Assembly: GCA_963796055.1 (NCBI GenBank)
Contig: CAWCKH010000001.1
Coordinates: 256,001 to 320,000, forward strand
Length of the DNA stretch: 64,000 bases
Source of the DNA: an uncultured delta proteobacterium
GTDB taxonomy: Bacteria > Myxococcota > Myxococcia > Myxococcales > Myxococcaceae
Reading direction: 5' to 3'
The notes beneath the pieces were generated by a model that was not told the DNA's origin, did not search any database, and was given only the letters and a program-made list of their open reading frames with translations. Shown here piece by piece: positions 10,346 through 23,496 of this stretch. The translations under genes and the position numbers were made by a program. The stretch's first letter is position 1, and each line of letters opens with the position of its first letter.

Positions 10346-10750
10346 TCAGCTGGGCTGCTTGTCGCCCTGGACAGGTCCAGGCAATCGGCCGGTGTCGGGG
10401 AGCTCGCGCCGCAGCTGCTCGACGAAGCGCGCGATGCGGTCCTTCAGCTCGTCGGTGACATCCACGAACTCGACCCCCATTCCCGGCACCTGGTTGGTGG
10501 GGTTGTCGAACTCGTGGACCCGGGTCACCCGTCCGCGCACCTCGAACGGCACCGCGGCGTCGGGCAGTTGCAAGATGATGCGGACCGTGGTGCCCACCGG
10601 GAGCGGGTTGCGAGAGTTGATGAACATCCCGCCCCGCGACAGGTTCGTGGCCCAGTCGGTGATGAAGCCGTCGACGGTGCGGTAGGCCACCGGCAGCTCG
10701 TGCTCGAGCCGGTCGGCCTTCCGTCCACTCTTGGGGTTCTCGCTGGACAT
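10346..10750 (-). CDS. Stand-alone PilZ domain protein (myxobacterial TIGR02266 type)
   Basis: RKADR (RxxxR) and NLSRGGMFI motifs, PGMGVEF. Confidence 0.85.
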   Translation of the reverse strand: MSSENPKSGRKADRLEHELPVAYRTVDGFITDWATNLSRGGMFINSRNPLPVGTTVRIILQLPDAAVPFEVRGRVTRVHEFDNPTNQVPGMGVEFVDVTDELKDRIARFVEQLRRELPDTGRLPGPVQGDKQPS

Positions 10751-10801
10751 CCCGGACGCCCTTCCGTCCAGGGAATCGTACCAGACCAGCGACCGGTCCC
10801 T

Positions 10802-11458
10802 CTAGACGCGCATCTCGCAGAGGTCGGGGGAGATGCGCAGCCGGGGCTCGGTGACCTTCTGGACCTGCTCCGGGGTGACCCCCGGGGCCACCTCGCGGAG
10901 GAGGAGCCCCTCGGGGAGCACATCGATGTAGGCAAGATCGGTGACGATGTGATGGACGCACTTCCGGCCGGTGAGAGGCAGCGAGCAGCGCTCGAGGATC
11001 TTCGGCTTCCCCTCCTTGGTGGCGTGCTCCATGGCCACGAAGACGCGCTTGGCGCCCATGGCCAGGTCCATCGCCCCGCCCATGCCCTTGACCATCTTCC
11101 CGGGGATCATCCAGTTGGCCAGGTCCCCCTGCGCCGAGACCTCCATCGCCCCGAGCACCGCGAAGTCGATGTGGCCGCCACGGATCATCCCGAAGGACAT
11201 CGCCGAGTCGAAGAACGAGGCGCCCTTCACCGCGGTGACGGTCTCCTTGCCGGCGTTGATCAGGTCCGGGTCCTCCTGTCCCTCCAGCGGCCAGGGGCCG
11301 ATGCCCAGCATCCCGTTCTCCGAGTGCAGGAGGATGTCCATCCCCTGGGGGAGGTAGTTGGCGACCAGGGTGGGAAGACCGATGCCGAGATTGACGTAGT
11401 ACCCGTCGCGCAGCTCGAGCGCGATGCGGTGGGCGACCTGTTCGCGGGTGAGGGTCAT
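10802..11458 (-). CDS. scoB: 3-oxoacid CoA-transferase subunit B
   Basis: VNLGIGLPT, catalytic [12 protein letters not shown]. Confidence 0.92.
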   Translation of the reverse strand: MTLTREQVAHRIALELRDGYYVNLGIGLPTLVANYLPQGMDILLHSENGMLGIGPWPLEGQEDPDLINAGKETVTAVKGASFFDSAMSFGMIRGGHIDFAVLGAMEVSAQGDLANWMIPGKMVKGMGGAMDLAMGAKRVFVAMEHATKEGKPKILERCSLPLTGRKCVHHIVTDLAYIDVLPEGLLLREVAPGVTPEQVQKVTEPRLRISPDLCEMRV

Positions 11459-11475
11459 GGCCGGTGTGGTCTCCG

Positions 11476-12174
11476 TCAGGCGCGCTTGCGCACCGTGCGC
11501 TTCTCGATCCACTTCTCGTAGTGCCGACCCTTCAGCACCCGGTGGACGAAGATGCTGGGGGTGTGGATCTGGTCCGGGTCGATCTCGCCCACCTCCACCA
11601 GGTGCTCGCACTCGACGATGGTGGTCCTCGCCGCCATCGCCATCAGCGGAGAGAAGTTCCGGGCGGTCTCCCGGAACACGCAGTTCCCCCAGCGGTCTGC
11701 CTTCCAGGCGCGGATGATGGCGTAGTCGGCCCGGAGCGGCTTCTCGAAGACGTACTCCTTGCCGTCGATGACCCGGGTCTCCTTCCCCTCGGCGATCTGG
11801 GTGCCGACGCCGGTGGGGGTGAAGAAGCCGCCGAGTCCGCAGCCGCCGGCGCGGATCCGCTCGGCCAGCGTGCCCTGGGGGTTGAGCTCCACCTCCAGCT
11901 CTCCGGAGAGGAACTGGCGCTCGAACTCCTTGTTCTCCCCCACGTAGGAGGCGACCATCTTTCGGACCTGGTGGGCCTTGAGGAGCACCCCCAGCCCGAG
12001 GTCGGTGGTGCCGCAGTTGTTGGAGATGAGCGTGAGGTTCTTCACGCCCTTCTTCGCCAGGGCGGTGATGAGGTTTTCCGGGTTCCCCGACAGGCCGAAC
12101 CCGCCGGACATCACCACCGCGCCGTCGGGGATGTCCGCGACGGCGGCGTCGGCACTGGCCACCACCTTGTTCAT
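11476..12174 (-). CDS. scoA: 3-oxoacid CoA-transferase subunit A
   Basis: C-terminal part of ORF 11476..13104: [40 protein letters not shown]. Confidence 0.92.
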   Translation of the reverse strand: MNKVVASADAAVADIPDGAVVMSGGFGLSGNPENLITALAKKGVKNLTLISNNCGTTDLGLGVLLKAHQVRKMVASYVGENKEFERQFLSGELEVELNPQGTLAERIRAGGCGLGGFFTPTGVGTQIAEGKETRVIDGKEYVFEKPLRADYAIIRAWKADRWGNCVFRETARNFSPLMAMAARTTIVECEHLVEVGEIDPDQIHTPSIFVHRVLKGRHYEKWIEKRTVRKRA

Positions 12175-12188
12175 GCGTGTCTCCTGGA

Positions 12189-13367
<1,179 letters not shown>

Positions 13368-13460
13368 GGGCATTCACTCCGGCTTGAGGCAACAGATGAC
13401 TGGATTGTCACGCGGAGGCCTCCGGGTCAATCGGTTGTCTGGCCGGGCAGGCCTGTTACC

Positions 13461-14114
13461 TCAGGGACGGCTGGCGAACTGTCGGCCGTCGAAGTCGAGA
13501 ATCGTCGATCGGCCCCCGTCCAGCACCAGGAGACGAAGCCCGGCTGCTTCCTCCCTGAACTCCACCTGCTCGGCGACAATCGCGCCGGGCCGACCCTCCC
13601 GGCTTTCCAGTCCGGACCAGAGGTTGGAGCCATCAGTGACCAGGACCATCCAGCCGAACCGCGGGGGTGGCCCGAGGCCGAGGAGGACAATCTCCAGCCG
13701 GCCGTCGTTCCAGAACACGTGCCGGATGACCTGGGTCCCGAGCTGGGACGAGCCCCAGACGCCCACGACGCAGCGCCCCGACTCGGCCACCCGGAGCGTC
13801 CAGAGCTTCCGGGCCTCGGGGACGGCCGGGGCGACCCAGTCGAGGTGGACTCCCGAGACGGTGGACGCCCAGACGAGTCGGACTGGACCGACCCCGAGAT
13901 CTGTCGGCTGCTGGAGCGCCGCCCCCCGTCCGGGCTCGACCGGGTCGCCGATGGTTCCGGCCGGCGGCGGCGGCTTGAGATCCGAGCAGTCCAGGGGCCG
14001 ACGGCTGGCCGTGGAGTCGCTCGAGGGAAACCAGGCGCTGTGCTTGAGCGCAACGGACGGAGCGCAGGCCGGGAGCGCCGTCCAGAGCACCGCTGCACCG
14101 ACCCACCGCCGCAT
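13461..14114 (-). CDS. Hypothetical (lipo)protein
   Basis: MRRWVGAAVLWTALPAC signal with a lipobox-like Cys; beta-rich remainder. Confidence 0.5.
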   Translation of the reverse strand: MRRWVGAAVLWTALPACAPSVALKHSAWFPSSDSTASRRPLDCSDLKPPPPAGTIGDPVEPGRGAALQQPTDLGVGPVRLVWASTVSGVHLDWVAPAVPEARKLWTLRVAESGRCVVGVWGSSQLGTQVIRHVFWNDGRLEIVLLGLGPPPRFGWMVLVTDGSNLWSGLESREGRPGAIVAEQVEFREEAAGLRLLVLDGGRSTILDFDGRQFASRP

Positions 14115-14292
14115 CGGTCGAACGCTACCTCGGTGCGGGGATCCGGTGAGGGGTCGGTTCCGGCAGCACGGCTGGCCTGGAGGGGAGTCGAATCCCACCG
14201 CGGCGCGGGGCGCCCTGCCCGCCTGACCGGCATGCGCGACCTCGGCTGCTCCGGGGTGACGCAGTGGGGGCCGCTGCCGGCGTGGCCGTCGG

Positions 14293-14622
14293 CGGTTTCC
14301 TGAGCTGCGTAGGGGAAACCTTTGGGGACGGTCCGGGCCGAGGGGGGTGCGCGCGCCGCTGATTTCGCATTCCCTACGGTTTCCCAAGGCGCGAGCGCGA
14401 AACCGGTGCGACCATCGTCGATCAGCGCGCGTCTCGCCGGCCGGGCTGAGACTGGATGGCCCCCCCGGGCATCTTCACTTGGCGTCTTACCTCCCGCGGG
14501 CCGCGCGAGGATGTTTCCCAAGCGCAGTTTGCGGAACAGAATGGAACGCCAGACAGAGGGCGCGCACACCCCCCTGGCCCGGACCGTCCCAAAATGATCC
14601 CCCCGCGCGACCTGGGAAACCG
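14293..14622. repeat. Long imperfect inverted repeat (MITE-like or structured RNA)
   Basis: 14321-14357 and the reverse complement of 14559-14594 match at 34/37 positions; weaker similarity extends out to 14293 and 14622. Confidence 0.75.
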
Positions 14623-14886
14623 GTCCGCCGCGGACGCCGGGCCCGGGCGCACTGACGGTGAAGGCCGCCGCCGGGGCCGGCCAGGCCCGAGCTCCTTGGG
14701 GCAAACGCTCTCGAGGATCGCCGGAGCGCCGCGGAATCGCGCAGGCCCTCCGTCGGGGCACGGCCGTGACGACCCACGCCTTGTCGTTCCCCAGGAGCAC
14801 CGTGCGACGGCGGCGTGGTGGACCCCGAGCGATCGTGTCGGCATCGCCGGTCCAGCGCCCGGCCCATGGCCGCAAGGGCGGCTCAG

Positions 14887-14947
14887 CCTATCGCCGCAGC
14901 TTCGACGCCATCACGTCGCCGAGGCGCGTCTTCGACCCCTCGGCCTG
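14887..14947 (-). repeat. Direct repeat of the rpsA 3' end (att-like copy)
   Basis: 59/61 identical to 16268-16328. Confidence 0.9.
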
Positions 14948-16177
14948 TTGGCCGCGAGGAACGAGACTCCGAGGGCGAGCGGCCACGGGATGCGCATCGA
15001 TCAACACCTGTAGAGGAGCTGAAGAAGCGCAACCACCAGCAGGAACGCGATCCAGATCTGGACCGATCCGAGTCCCTGGTTGCCCTCCCGATGCAGTCGA
15101 TGGGCGACCCTGGACTGCAGCTCGCTCGGTGGGGAAGCCGAACTGACCAAGCATCGTGGCGATGTTGGCAAAGCTGCCGCCCTCCTCCCAGGGCCACGCC
15201 GCTTCGGCGACCACCCGCAGGACCTGCCTCTGGCGCTCGCTCATCCGCGTCGGCGGAAGCGCTGGCGGCTGGCCGAATCCGCACGCCAGGAGCTCGAACC
15301 CCAGTTCCGAAGACATCCAGGATTCTCTCTCCGCACGCTGCAGGAGCATGGGGAGCAGTCGGTCGATCGCGGGCGCTCCCGCACCCCGGGCCGCGCGGGC
15401 GACGAGCGCCCGCGAGTCGTCCAGGAAGTTGTTCAGGAGGGGCAGCTCCCCTGCCATCGTCAGGACTGGCGAATCAGCTTCGAGTCCCGCCGCGACCGCC
15501 TCGATGGCCGCCCCGGTGGTCTGCTCCCGATGGGCGAGGAGCTGGACCAGTGCTTCGGTCCAGTGGACGAGTGGGGAGTCGTCCGTCGCTGGCGGTGCTC
15601 CCGGCAAATCCGGGGCCCCCAGCAGAAAGGCGAGGTACCGGGAGGAGGCGCGCACCAGCGGATCGGGGTCGTCGCGGGCGAGCGAGCGCAGTTCGGGAGC
15701 CGCCTCCGCCCCCCCTTTCAGGACGGTGCTCAGGACCACCTGAGCGCGCAATCGGATCCTCACGTCGAGTGCACCGTCCTGGACCAGGGTCCGAAATAGG
15801 GGGACGCCCCTCGCCAGCTCCTCGTCGATGTGAGCGAAGACCCTGTGCTCGTGCGCGTCTTTCCTCCGGATGAGATCGGGATCCTTCCGGCCCCAGGTGA
15901 CCGACTGCGCCATCACGCAGAGCAGGTCGACCATCTCCTCCCGCTCCGGCGTGGTCGGATCGGCGAGCAGCTCGAGGAGGAAAGGGATGGTGTACGGAGT
16001 GGCCTCGTAGACGAAACCCTGGTGGAGGATCGCCGCGTGGAAGAAGCGGTACGCTTCACTGCGAACCGCCGCGTCGGAGGAGGCGAGGCCGCGGATGTGG
16101 GTCGGGGTTTCGCCCGTTGAACCGTAGGCGTGGCGCCGGAAGGACCAGTTGATGGTCCGCAGCCCTTCGAGGGTCAA
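14888..16177 (-). CDS. HEAT-repeat-like protein whose C-terminus reads into the duplicated rpsA tail
   Basis: HAYG...ILHQGFVYEATPYTIPFLLELL N-terminus; ends QAEGSKTRLGDVMASKLRR. Confidence 0.65.
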   Translation of the reverse strand: MTLEGLRTINWSFRRHAYGSTGETPTHIRGLASSDAAVRSEAYRFFHAAILHQGFVYEATPYTIPFLLELLADPTTPEREEMVDLLCVMAQSVTWGRKDPDLIRRKDAHEHRVFAHIDEELARGVPLFRTLVQDGALDVRIRLRAQVVLSTVLKGGAEAAPELRSLARDDPDPLVRASSRYLAFLLGAPDLPGAPPATDDSPLVHWTEALVQLLAHREQTTGAAIEAVAAGLEADSPVLTMAGELPLLNNFLDDSRALVARAARGAGAPAIDRLLPMLLQRAERESWMSSELGFELLACGFGQPPALPPTRMSERQRQVLRVVAEAAWPWEEGGSFANIATMLGQFGFPTERAAVQGRPSTASGGQPGTRIGPDLDRVPAGGCASSAPLQVLIDAHPVAARPRSLVPRGQQAEGSKTRLGDVMASKLRR

Positions 16178-16215
16178 GGGACCTCCCCCGCGAGCGCTTG
16201 GCCCGCAAACGACGA

Positions 16216-16247
16216 GGCCGGACCTCCCCGAACGAGGAAGCCCGGCC
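16216..16247 (-). terminator. Hairpin downstream of rpsA
   Basis: GC-rich stem ggccgggcttcctcg / cggggaggtccggcc about 20 nt after the rpsA stop; weak U tail. Confidence 0.55.
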
Positions 16248-16268
16248 CGAGGTGGCGACCAGTCCGCC

Positions 16269-17984
<1,716 letters not shown>

Positions 17985-18224
17985 AGAGTTGGAAAGTCCT
18001 ATCGGTGCTTCACTGCAACCCCAGGGTTGTGGGATGTCCGGCCCCCGGAAAGCGGAGACGGACGGCGACGAAACCCTCATGTGGGGTGTGACACGGGGGC
18101 GCCGCTGCTCGGGGAGCCAGCCAACCTAAGCCAGCGCGAGGCGCGGGCAACCTAAGGGGATGTCGGAGGAGAGGTCAAGTGCGCTCGCCCGGCTCCTTGC
18201 TCTCCGGAAAGGACCCTGCCAGCG

Positions 18225-18932
18225 ATGACCGCTCCATTCGACGCCGTTGCTTACGTCCACGAGCCGCACGAGGGGCTCGCCCGCCTCCGGGAACCCCTGG
18301 AACGCGCCGGATTCCGGCCGGTGGAGCGCTTGCGGGCCCCCGCCCCGGCGGCGGACGTCCGCGTGCCGCTCCTGGTGGTCCTCGGCGGTCCGATGGGGGT
18401 GTACGACGCCGACCGGTTCCCCTTCCTGAGCACCGAGATCGAGGTGCTCCGGGGCCGGCTCGCCGCGAACCGCCCGACCATCGCCCTCTGCCTGGGCTCC
18501 CAGATGCTGGCGGCGGCCGCGGGGGCACGGGTCTACCCGGGCAGCCGGGGGAAGAGCATCGGCGTCGCCCAGGTCCGCCCGGTGCCCGGGGACGACCCGC
18601 TCGTCCGGGCGGTGCCGGGCCCCTTCGACGTGGTCCACTGGCACGGGGACACCTTCGACCCCATCCCGGGCGTGGCCCTTTTCCACGGGGAGACGTACCC
18701 CGCCCAGGGGTTCCGGGTGGGCCGCTCGGTGGGGCTCCAGTTCCACGCCGAGCTTGGCCCCGAAGGGTTCCAGGACTGGATCCAGGGGTCCGCGGACGAG
18801 CTCCGGCGAAGCGGACGGGACCCGGAAGCCCTCCTGGCCTCCGGCCTCCCCCGCCTCACCGCTGGTCTTCCAGTGTTGGACCGGCTGCTCGAGGCGCTGG
18901 CCCGGGACGCCCGGGCGGGGGTGGAGCCCTGA
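18225..18932 (+). CDS. Class I glutamine amidotransferase-like protein
   Basis: LGGPMGVYD, LCLGSQML, HWHGDTF, GLQFHAE. Confidence 0.85.
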   Translation: MTAPFDAVAYVHEPHEGLARLREPLERAGFRPVERLRAPAPAADVRVPLLVVLGGPMGVYDADRFPFLSTEIEVLRGRLAANRPTIALCLGSQMLAAAAGARVYPGSRGKSIGVAQVRPVPGDDPLVRAVPGPFDVVHWHGDTFDPIPGVALFHGETYPAQGFRVGRSVGLQFHAELGPEGFQDWIQGSADELRRSGRDPEALLASGLPRLTAGLPVLDRLLEALARDARAGVEP

Positions 18933-18963
18933 AATGGGGGTCCCGGGAGCCCGTATGGGGGGG

Positions 18964-19644
18964 ATGCGTCTCGTCCCCGTCGTCCTCGCGGCCTGCGCGG
19001 TCGCCCTGCCCGCCCTCGCCACGTCGGAGACCCGGAGCGTCTCGGGGTTCACCCGCATCGACCTCTCCGCCCCGGTGGACCTGGAGGTCCGTCCCGGCAA
19101 GTTCGGCGCGACCCTGGAGATGGACTCCGAGGTGGCCCGTCACCTCACCACCGAGGTGCAGGGGGACACCCTGCGGATCGCCCTCGACGGCTCGTACCTC
19201 AACCTCCACGGAAAGCAGCGGATCAAGGTCACCATGCCGGAGCTCCGTGGAGTGCACATCCAGGGGAGCGGGGACGCCGACATCGCCGGGTTCAAGGACC
19301 AGGAGAAGGTCGAGCTGCGCATCTCCGGCTCGGGCGACGTGAAGTTCACCGGCACGGTAGGCGGGCTGGCCGTGGCCATCGAGGGCTCGGGCGACGTGCT
19401 GCTCGCCGGGGGGCAGGCCGGCTCGCTCCAGGCAGGCATCCAGGGCTCGGGCAACCTCAAGGCGAACGACTTCAAGGCGAGAAACGTCTCGGTGTCGATC
19501 GACGGCTCGGGCGACGCCGAGGTCCGCGTGGCCGGGGGCGCGCTCAGCCTCTCGGTGAACGGCTCGGGGGACATCCGCTGGAGCGGCGAGGCGAGCGCGG
19601 TGAGCACCGCCACCCACGGCTCCGGGAGCATTGCCAAGCGCTGA
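18964..19644 (+). CDS. DUF2807 / GIN-domain beta-helix secreted protein
   Basis: Signal peptide MRLVPVVLAACAVALPALA; repeated I.GSGD motifs. Confidence 0.8.
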   Translation: MRLVPVVLAACAVALPALATSETRSVSGFTRIDLSAPVDLEVRPGKFGATLEMDSEVARHLTTEVQGDTLRIALDGSYLNLHGKQRIKVTMPELRGVHIQGSGDADIAGFKDQEKVELRISGSGDVKFTGTVGGLAVAIEGSGDVLLAGGQAGSLQAGIQGSGNLKANDFKARNVSVSIDGSGDAEVRVAGGALSLSVNGSGDIRWSGEASAVSTATHGSGSIAKR

Positions 19645-19678
19645 GCGTTGCGCTCGGATTCTTCCCCGGAGGACCCCC

Positions 19679-20128
19679 ATGATCCGAGGCATCCACGGGC
19701 TGTTCTACTCGTCCGACCCGGACGCGACCCGCGCCTTCTTTCGCCATCAGGTCCAGCTGCCCGGCTCCGACATCGGCGAGGGCTGGTGGATCTTCGACCT
19801 CGCCGAAGGCGACCTCGGGGTCCATCCGGTCGAGGACGGTGGTGACGCCGGAAAGCACGACGTCTCATTCTACTGCGACGAGATCGAGAGGACGGTGAGC
19901 GATCTCCAGTCGCGGGGGGTGCGGTTCACCGGCCCGGTGCAGGACCACGGCTACGGGCTGGTCACGTACTTCGAGGCCCCCGGCGGCGTGCGGGTGCAGC
20001 TCTACCAGCCGCGGTACCAGAAGAAGCCCGCCCGGAAGCCGGCGAGGAAGACGCGACCGCCCGCACGAAAGACGAAGACGCGGCGGGCGGCAGCCACCCG
20101 GTCCCGGGCGGCTCCTCGGAGACGCTGA
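19679..20128 (+). CDS. VOC family protein with a basic C-terminal tail
   Basis: HGLFYSSDPDATRAFF, DHGYGLVTYFEAPGG, QLYQPRY; GGAGG RBS. Confidence 0.8.
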   Translation: MIRGIHGLFYSSDPDATRAFFRHQVQLPGSDIGEGWWIFDLAEGDLGVHPVEDGGDAGKHDVSFYCDEIERTVSDLQSRGVRFTGPVQDHGYGLVTYFEAPGGVRVQLYQPRYQKKPARKPARKTRPPARKTKTRRAAATRSRAAPRRR

Positions 20129-20612
20129 GCGACTTCTCCATCTCGAAGAGCGGGACCCCGTGGAGGTCTCGCTCACCGCCCTGGCGGAGCGAGAACCCGG
20201 CGCGGCTGTAGAGGCCGATGGCCGCGTTCAGGAACGGCGTGGTCCTGAGGAAGACACGGGCGAGGCCCCGGTCCCGTCCGAAGCGCTCCGCCACCTCCAG
20301 GAGCGCCCGCCCGACGCCGTGGCCCCGGGCTCCGGGATGAACGGCCATGCTACGCAGGTGAAGCCCCTCGGGCCGGCAGTACGCGGACAGCGTGCCCACC
20401 GGCTCGTCCCCGAGGAGCGCGATCCAGACCGCTCCCTCGTCCATGCGCTGACGGAGCACCACCGCGTCCGGCAAGGTGGCGGCGAGCGCCTCCGGTGTGT
20501 ACTGCGACGCGATCTCGGCGAACGCCACCCGCAGCAGGAAGGAGAGGGTGGGCGCCTCGTCGGGTCTCGCACGGCGGACTCGAAGCGTCGGGGCTGGGGC
20601 TGGAACGTTCAT
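19962..20612 (-). CDS. GNAT N-acetyltransferase
   Basis: LRSMAVHPGARGHGVGRALL acetyl-CoA motif, NAAIGLYSRAGF. Confidence 0.8.
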   Translation of the reverse strand: MNVPAPAPTLRVRRARPDEAPTLSFLLRVAFAEIASQYTPEALAATLPDAVVLRQRMDEGAVWIALLGDEPVGTLSAYCRPEGLHLRSMAVHPGARGHGVGRALLEVAERFGRDRGLARVFLRTTPFLNAAIGLYSRAGFSLRQGGERDLHGVPLFEMEKSLSVSEEPPGTGWLPPAASSSFVRAVASSSPASGRASSGTAAGRAAPARRRGPRST

Positions 20613-20728
20613 CGAGGGAGGGTTTTCACCCGAACGGCAACGCCTGCACACGGCACAGCGCCCGTTCGCGAACGAAGGAACAGCACGGGGCGTTTCCACC
20701 GTGGCACACCGGGCATAGGTTCCGCCCC

Positions 20729-21616
20729 ATGGAATGGCAAGGCGGACGGCGCAGTGACAACGTCGAGGACGCCGGCCGCGGGGGCGGCCTGGGACGGCCC
20801 CTGGCGTTCGGCGGGGGCGCGGTCGGCATCATCGGCGCGATCCTCTTCTACCTGTTGACCGGACAGGTTCCCGACGTCCAGCAGGCGCCGTCGCCGAGCC
20901 AGGTCAGCCCGCAGTCACAGGCACAGCGGCCGCGCACCGCCGCCGAGCAGCAGCAGCGCGAGTTCGTCAGCGCGATCCTCGCCAGCACCGAGGACACCTG
21001 GAGCGCGGTGCTGCCGCAGCAGGCGCGGATCCAGTACCAGCCGCCGCGGCTCACGCTGTTCGAGGACGCGGTGGAGTCGGCGTGCGGATTCGCCCAGAGC
21101 GCGATGGGACCGTTCTACTGCCCGCCCGATCAGCGCGTGTACCTGGACCTCAGCTTCTTCAACCAGCTGGCGCGGATGGGCGCGCCCGGCGAGTTCGCGC
21201 GGGCCTACGTCATCGCTCACGAGGTGGGCCATCACCTGCAAGACCTCCTCGGCATCGAGCGGCGGGTTTCGCAGATGCGCCGGGCGGTGAGGAGCCGCGA
21301 GGACAGCAACGCTCTGAGCGTCCTCACCGAGCTGCAGGCGGACTGCTACGCCGGGGTCTGGGCACACCACGCGAACGCCAACTACAAGTCGAGCGACAAG
21401 GAGCAGCTCATCCAGCCCAGCGACATCGAGTCCGGCCTCGCCGCCGCGGCCTCGGTGGGCGACGACCGGCTGCAGAAGCAGTCCCGGGGCTACGTCGCGC
21501 CGGAGAGCTTCACCCACGGCTCGAGCGCGGAGCGCGTGTCGTGGTTCAAGACCGGGATGCAGACCGGCGAGCTCCGCGCCTGCGACACGTTCGGGAAGGC
21601 CGGGGTCCGACTCTGA
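20729..21616 (+). CDS. Neutral zinc metallopeptidase (YpfJ family)
   Basis: RRSDNVED, GPFYCP.D, AHEVGHH, ELQADC, ESFTHGSS. Confidence 0.9.
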   Translation: MEWQGGRRSDNVEDAGRGGGLGRPLAFGGGAVGIIGAILFYLLTGQVPDVQQAPSPSQVSPQSQAQRPRTAAEQQQREFVSAILASTEDTWSAVLPQQARIQYQPPRLTLFEDAVESACGFAQSAMGPFYCPPDQRVYLDLSFFNQLARMGAPGEFARAYVIAHEVGHHLQDLLGIERRVSQMRRAVRSREDSNALSVLTELQADCYAGVWAHHANANYKSSDKEQLIQPSDIESGLAAAASVGDDRLQKQSRGYVAPESFTHGSSAERVSWFKTGMQTGELRACDTFGKAGVRL

Positions 21617-21703
21617 GCGCCATCTTCGCGCACTGACTGTCGCCCCGGCGCGACCTGCTTCTGTGCCTGTGACCGGGGACCGGCGCGGGATACGGACCCT
21701 GCC

Positions 21704-22090
21704 ATGATTCAGCCGATCGAGGTGATCGCCGCGGCAGGTGCCCCGCCGGCCATCGGGCCCTACTCCCAGGCCATCCGGGCAGGTGACTTCGTCTTCGTCT
21801 CCGGGCAGGTACCGGTCGACGTGCGAACGGGCAAGCTCGCCGAGGGCATCGCCGCACAGACGCGCCAGGTGCTCGAAAATCTGGAGACCGTGCTCGCCGC
21901 GGCGGGCGCTTCACTCGAGCAGGTGGTCAAGGTGACCGTCTTCCTCGGACGCTGGGAGGACTTCCCGGCGATGAACGAGGTCTACGCGAGCTACTTCGGC
22001 GCGAAGCCGCCGGCGCGCTCGGTGCTCCAGGGACCGCGCATCCCCGAGGGCACGCTGGTCGGCCTCGAGGCCATCGCCTACCTGGGCTGA
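21704..22090 (+). CDS. RidA/YjgF family enamine deaminase
   Basis: APPAIGPYSQAI, VSGQ, MNEVYASYF, PPARS. Confidence 0.88.
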   Translation: MIQPIEVIAAAGAPPAIGPYSQAIRAGDFVFVSGQVPVDVRTGKLAEGIAAQTRQVLENLETVLAAAGASLEQVVKVTVFLGRWEDFPAMNEVYASYFGAKPPARSVLQGPRIPEGTLVGLEAIAYLG

Positions 22091-22506
22091 ACCCGGACGC
22101 GCGCCGGCGTCCACTGGCGCGCACGGCGCTCCAGCCGGCCCTCGGCGGTTTCCTGGCCGTAGTCCATCGGCGCGGGCCCCTGGGTGAACTCGGCCCGGGC
22201 GTCGAGGGCTCGGGTGTTCACCACCGCCCTGCCCTCCCCGCCGACCTTCACGTACCCGCCGACGTAGACCCCACACCGAGGACAGACCCAGAAGTCGGTC
22301 ATCCCCGTGCCGAACCGATACCAGCCTTCCGGTGGGACCTCGGCCACGGTGAGCACGACCTCGCCCGCCGGATCGGAGGTGGTGAGCCCGCCGTGGCGCC
22401 GACAGAACGTGCACTGGCAGGCGCGCAACGGCAGCTCGGTCGGCGACTTCGCCGTGGTGAACGACACGTGGAGCCGCCCGCAGTGACAACCGCCCTCGAG
22501 TGTCAT
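22078..22506 (-). CDS. GFA (CENP-V) family protein
   Basis: GGCHCG, CQCTFCRRHG, CPRCG. Confidence 0.85.
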   Translation of the reverse strand: MTLEGGCHCGRLHVSFTTAKSPTELPLRACQCTFCRRHGGLTTSDPAGEVVLTVAEVPPEGWYRFGTGMTDFWVCPRCGVYVGGYVKVGGEGRAVVNTRALDARAEFTQGPAPMDYGQETAEGRLERRARQWTPARVRVQPR

Positions 22507-22518
22507 CCGGACTTCCTC

Positions 22519-23496
22519 CTACTGGGCCGGCGCGGTCCGCCGGCGCGCCTGGGCCCGGTCGCGCTCGCCCAGCGCCGCCTGCAGATATTTCCCGGACAGC
22601 TTCCGACCGATCAGCTCCTGGGCAACCTCGCCCGCCTCCACCAGCTTCGGCAGGTCGATGCCGGTCTCCACGCCCATCCGCTGGAGCATGTTCACCACGT
22701 CCTCGGACGCTAGATTTCCCGCCGCCCCCGGCGCGTAGGGACAGCCGCCCAGCCCACCGATACTGGCGTCGAAGGTCGTCACCCCGGCGGAGAGGCCGAC
22801 CAGCGCATTGGCCAGCGCCAGCCCGCGGGTGTCGTGCAGGTGCAGCGCGAGCCGGTCCACCGGCACGTGCCGGGCGACCGCGACCAGGATCTCCTCGGTC
22901 TGGTTCGGCACCCCCACCCCCACCGTGTCTCCCAGGCTCAGCTGGTAGATGCCCATGTCCGCCAGCCGCCGGCAGAGGTCCACCACCCGGTCGAGCGGGA
23001 CCGAGCCCTCGTAGGGGCAACCCCAGACCACGCTGAGGTATGCCCGCACCCGCATGCCCGCGGCGAGCGCGCCGCGGGTGACGTCGCCGGCGACCGAGAG
23101 CGCCTCGGCGATGCTCTTGTTGATGTTCTTCTTGCTGTGGGTCTCGCTGGCGGAGATGAACACCGCCGCCTCGGCGAGCCCGGCGGCACGGGCGCGATCG
23201 AGCCCCTTCAGATTGGGGACCAGCGCCGAGTAGGTCACGCCGGGCACCCGGGGAAGGCTCCGCAGGACCTCCTCGGCGTCCGCCAGCTGGGGGATCCACC
23301 GGGGGCTGACGAAGGAGGTGGCCTCGATGCGCCGCTCCCCCGCGGCCACCAGCGCGGCGATCAGCCGGAGCTTTCCCTCCAGCGGAACGATGCGGAGCTC
23401 GTTCTGGAGCCCGTCGCGGGGACCGACCTCGTAGACGTCGACGTGCGCCGGGAGCTTCCCCGTCAGGCGCGCGGCTGGATGTGCTGACGGATCCAC
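22519..23496 (-). CDS. Hydroxymethylglutaryl-CoA lyase
   Basis: [44 protein letters not shown]. Confidence 0.92.
   Translation of the reverse strand: MDPSAHPAARLTGKLPAHVDVYEVGPRDGLQNELRIVPLEGKLRLIAALVAAGERRIEATSFVSPRWIPQLADAEEVLRSLPRVPGVTYSALVPNLKGLDRARAAGLAEAAVFISASETHSKKNINKSIAEALSVAGDVTRGALAAGMRVRAYLSVVWGCPYEGSVPLDRVVDLCRRLADMGIYQLSLGDTVGVGVPNQTEEILVAVARHVPVDRLALHLHDTRGLALANALVGLSAGVTTFDASIGGLGGCPYAPGAAGNLASEDVVNMLQRMGVETGIDLPKLVEAGEVAQELIGRKLSGKYLQAALGERDRAQARRRTAPAQ

Noticed and set aside
14170..14205. T-arm-like GGGATTCGACTCCC on the minus strand suggesting a tRNA or tmRNA
   Set aside because: I could not build an acceptor stem, D arm or anticodon arm around it.
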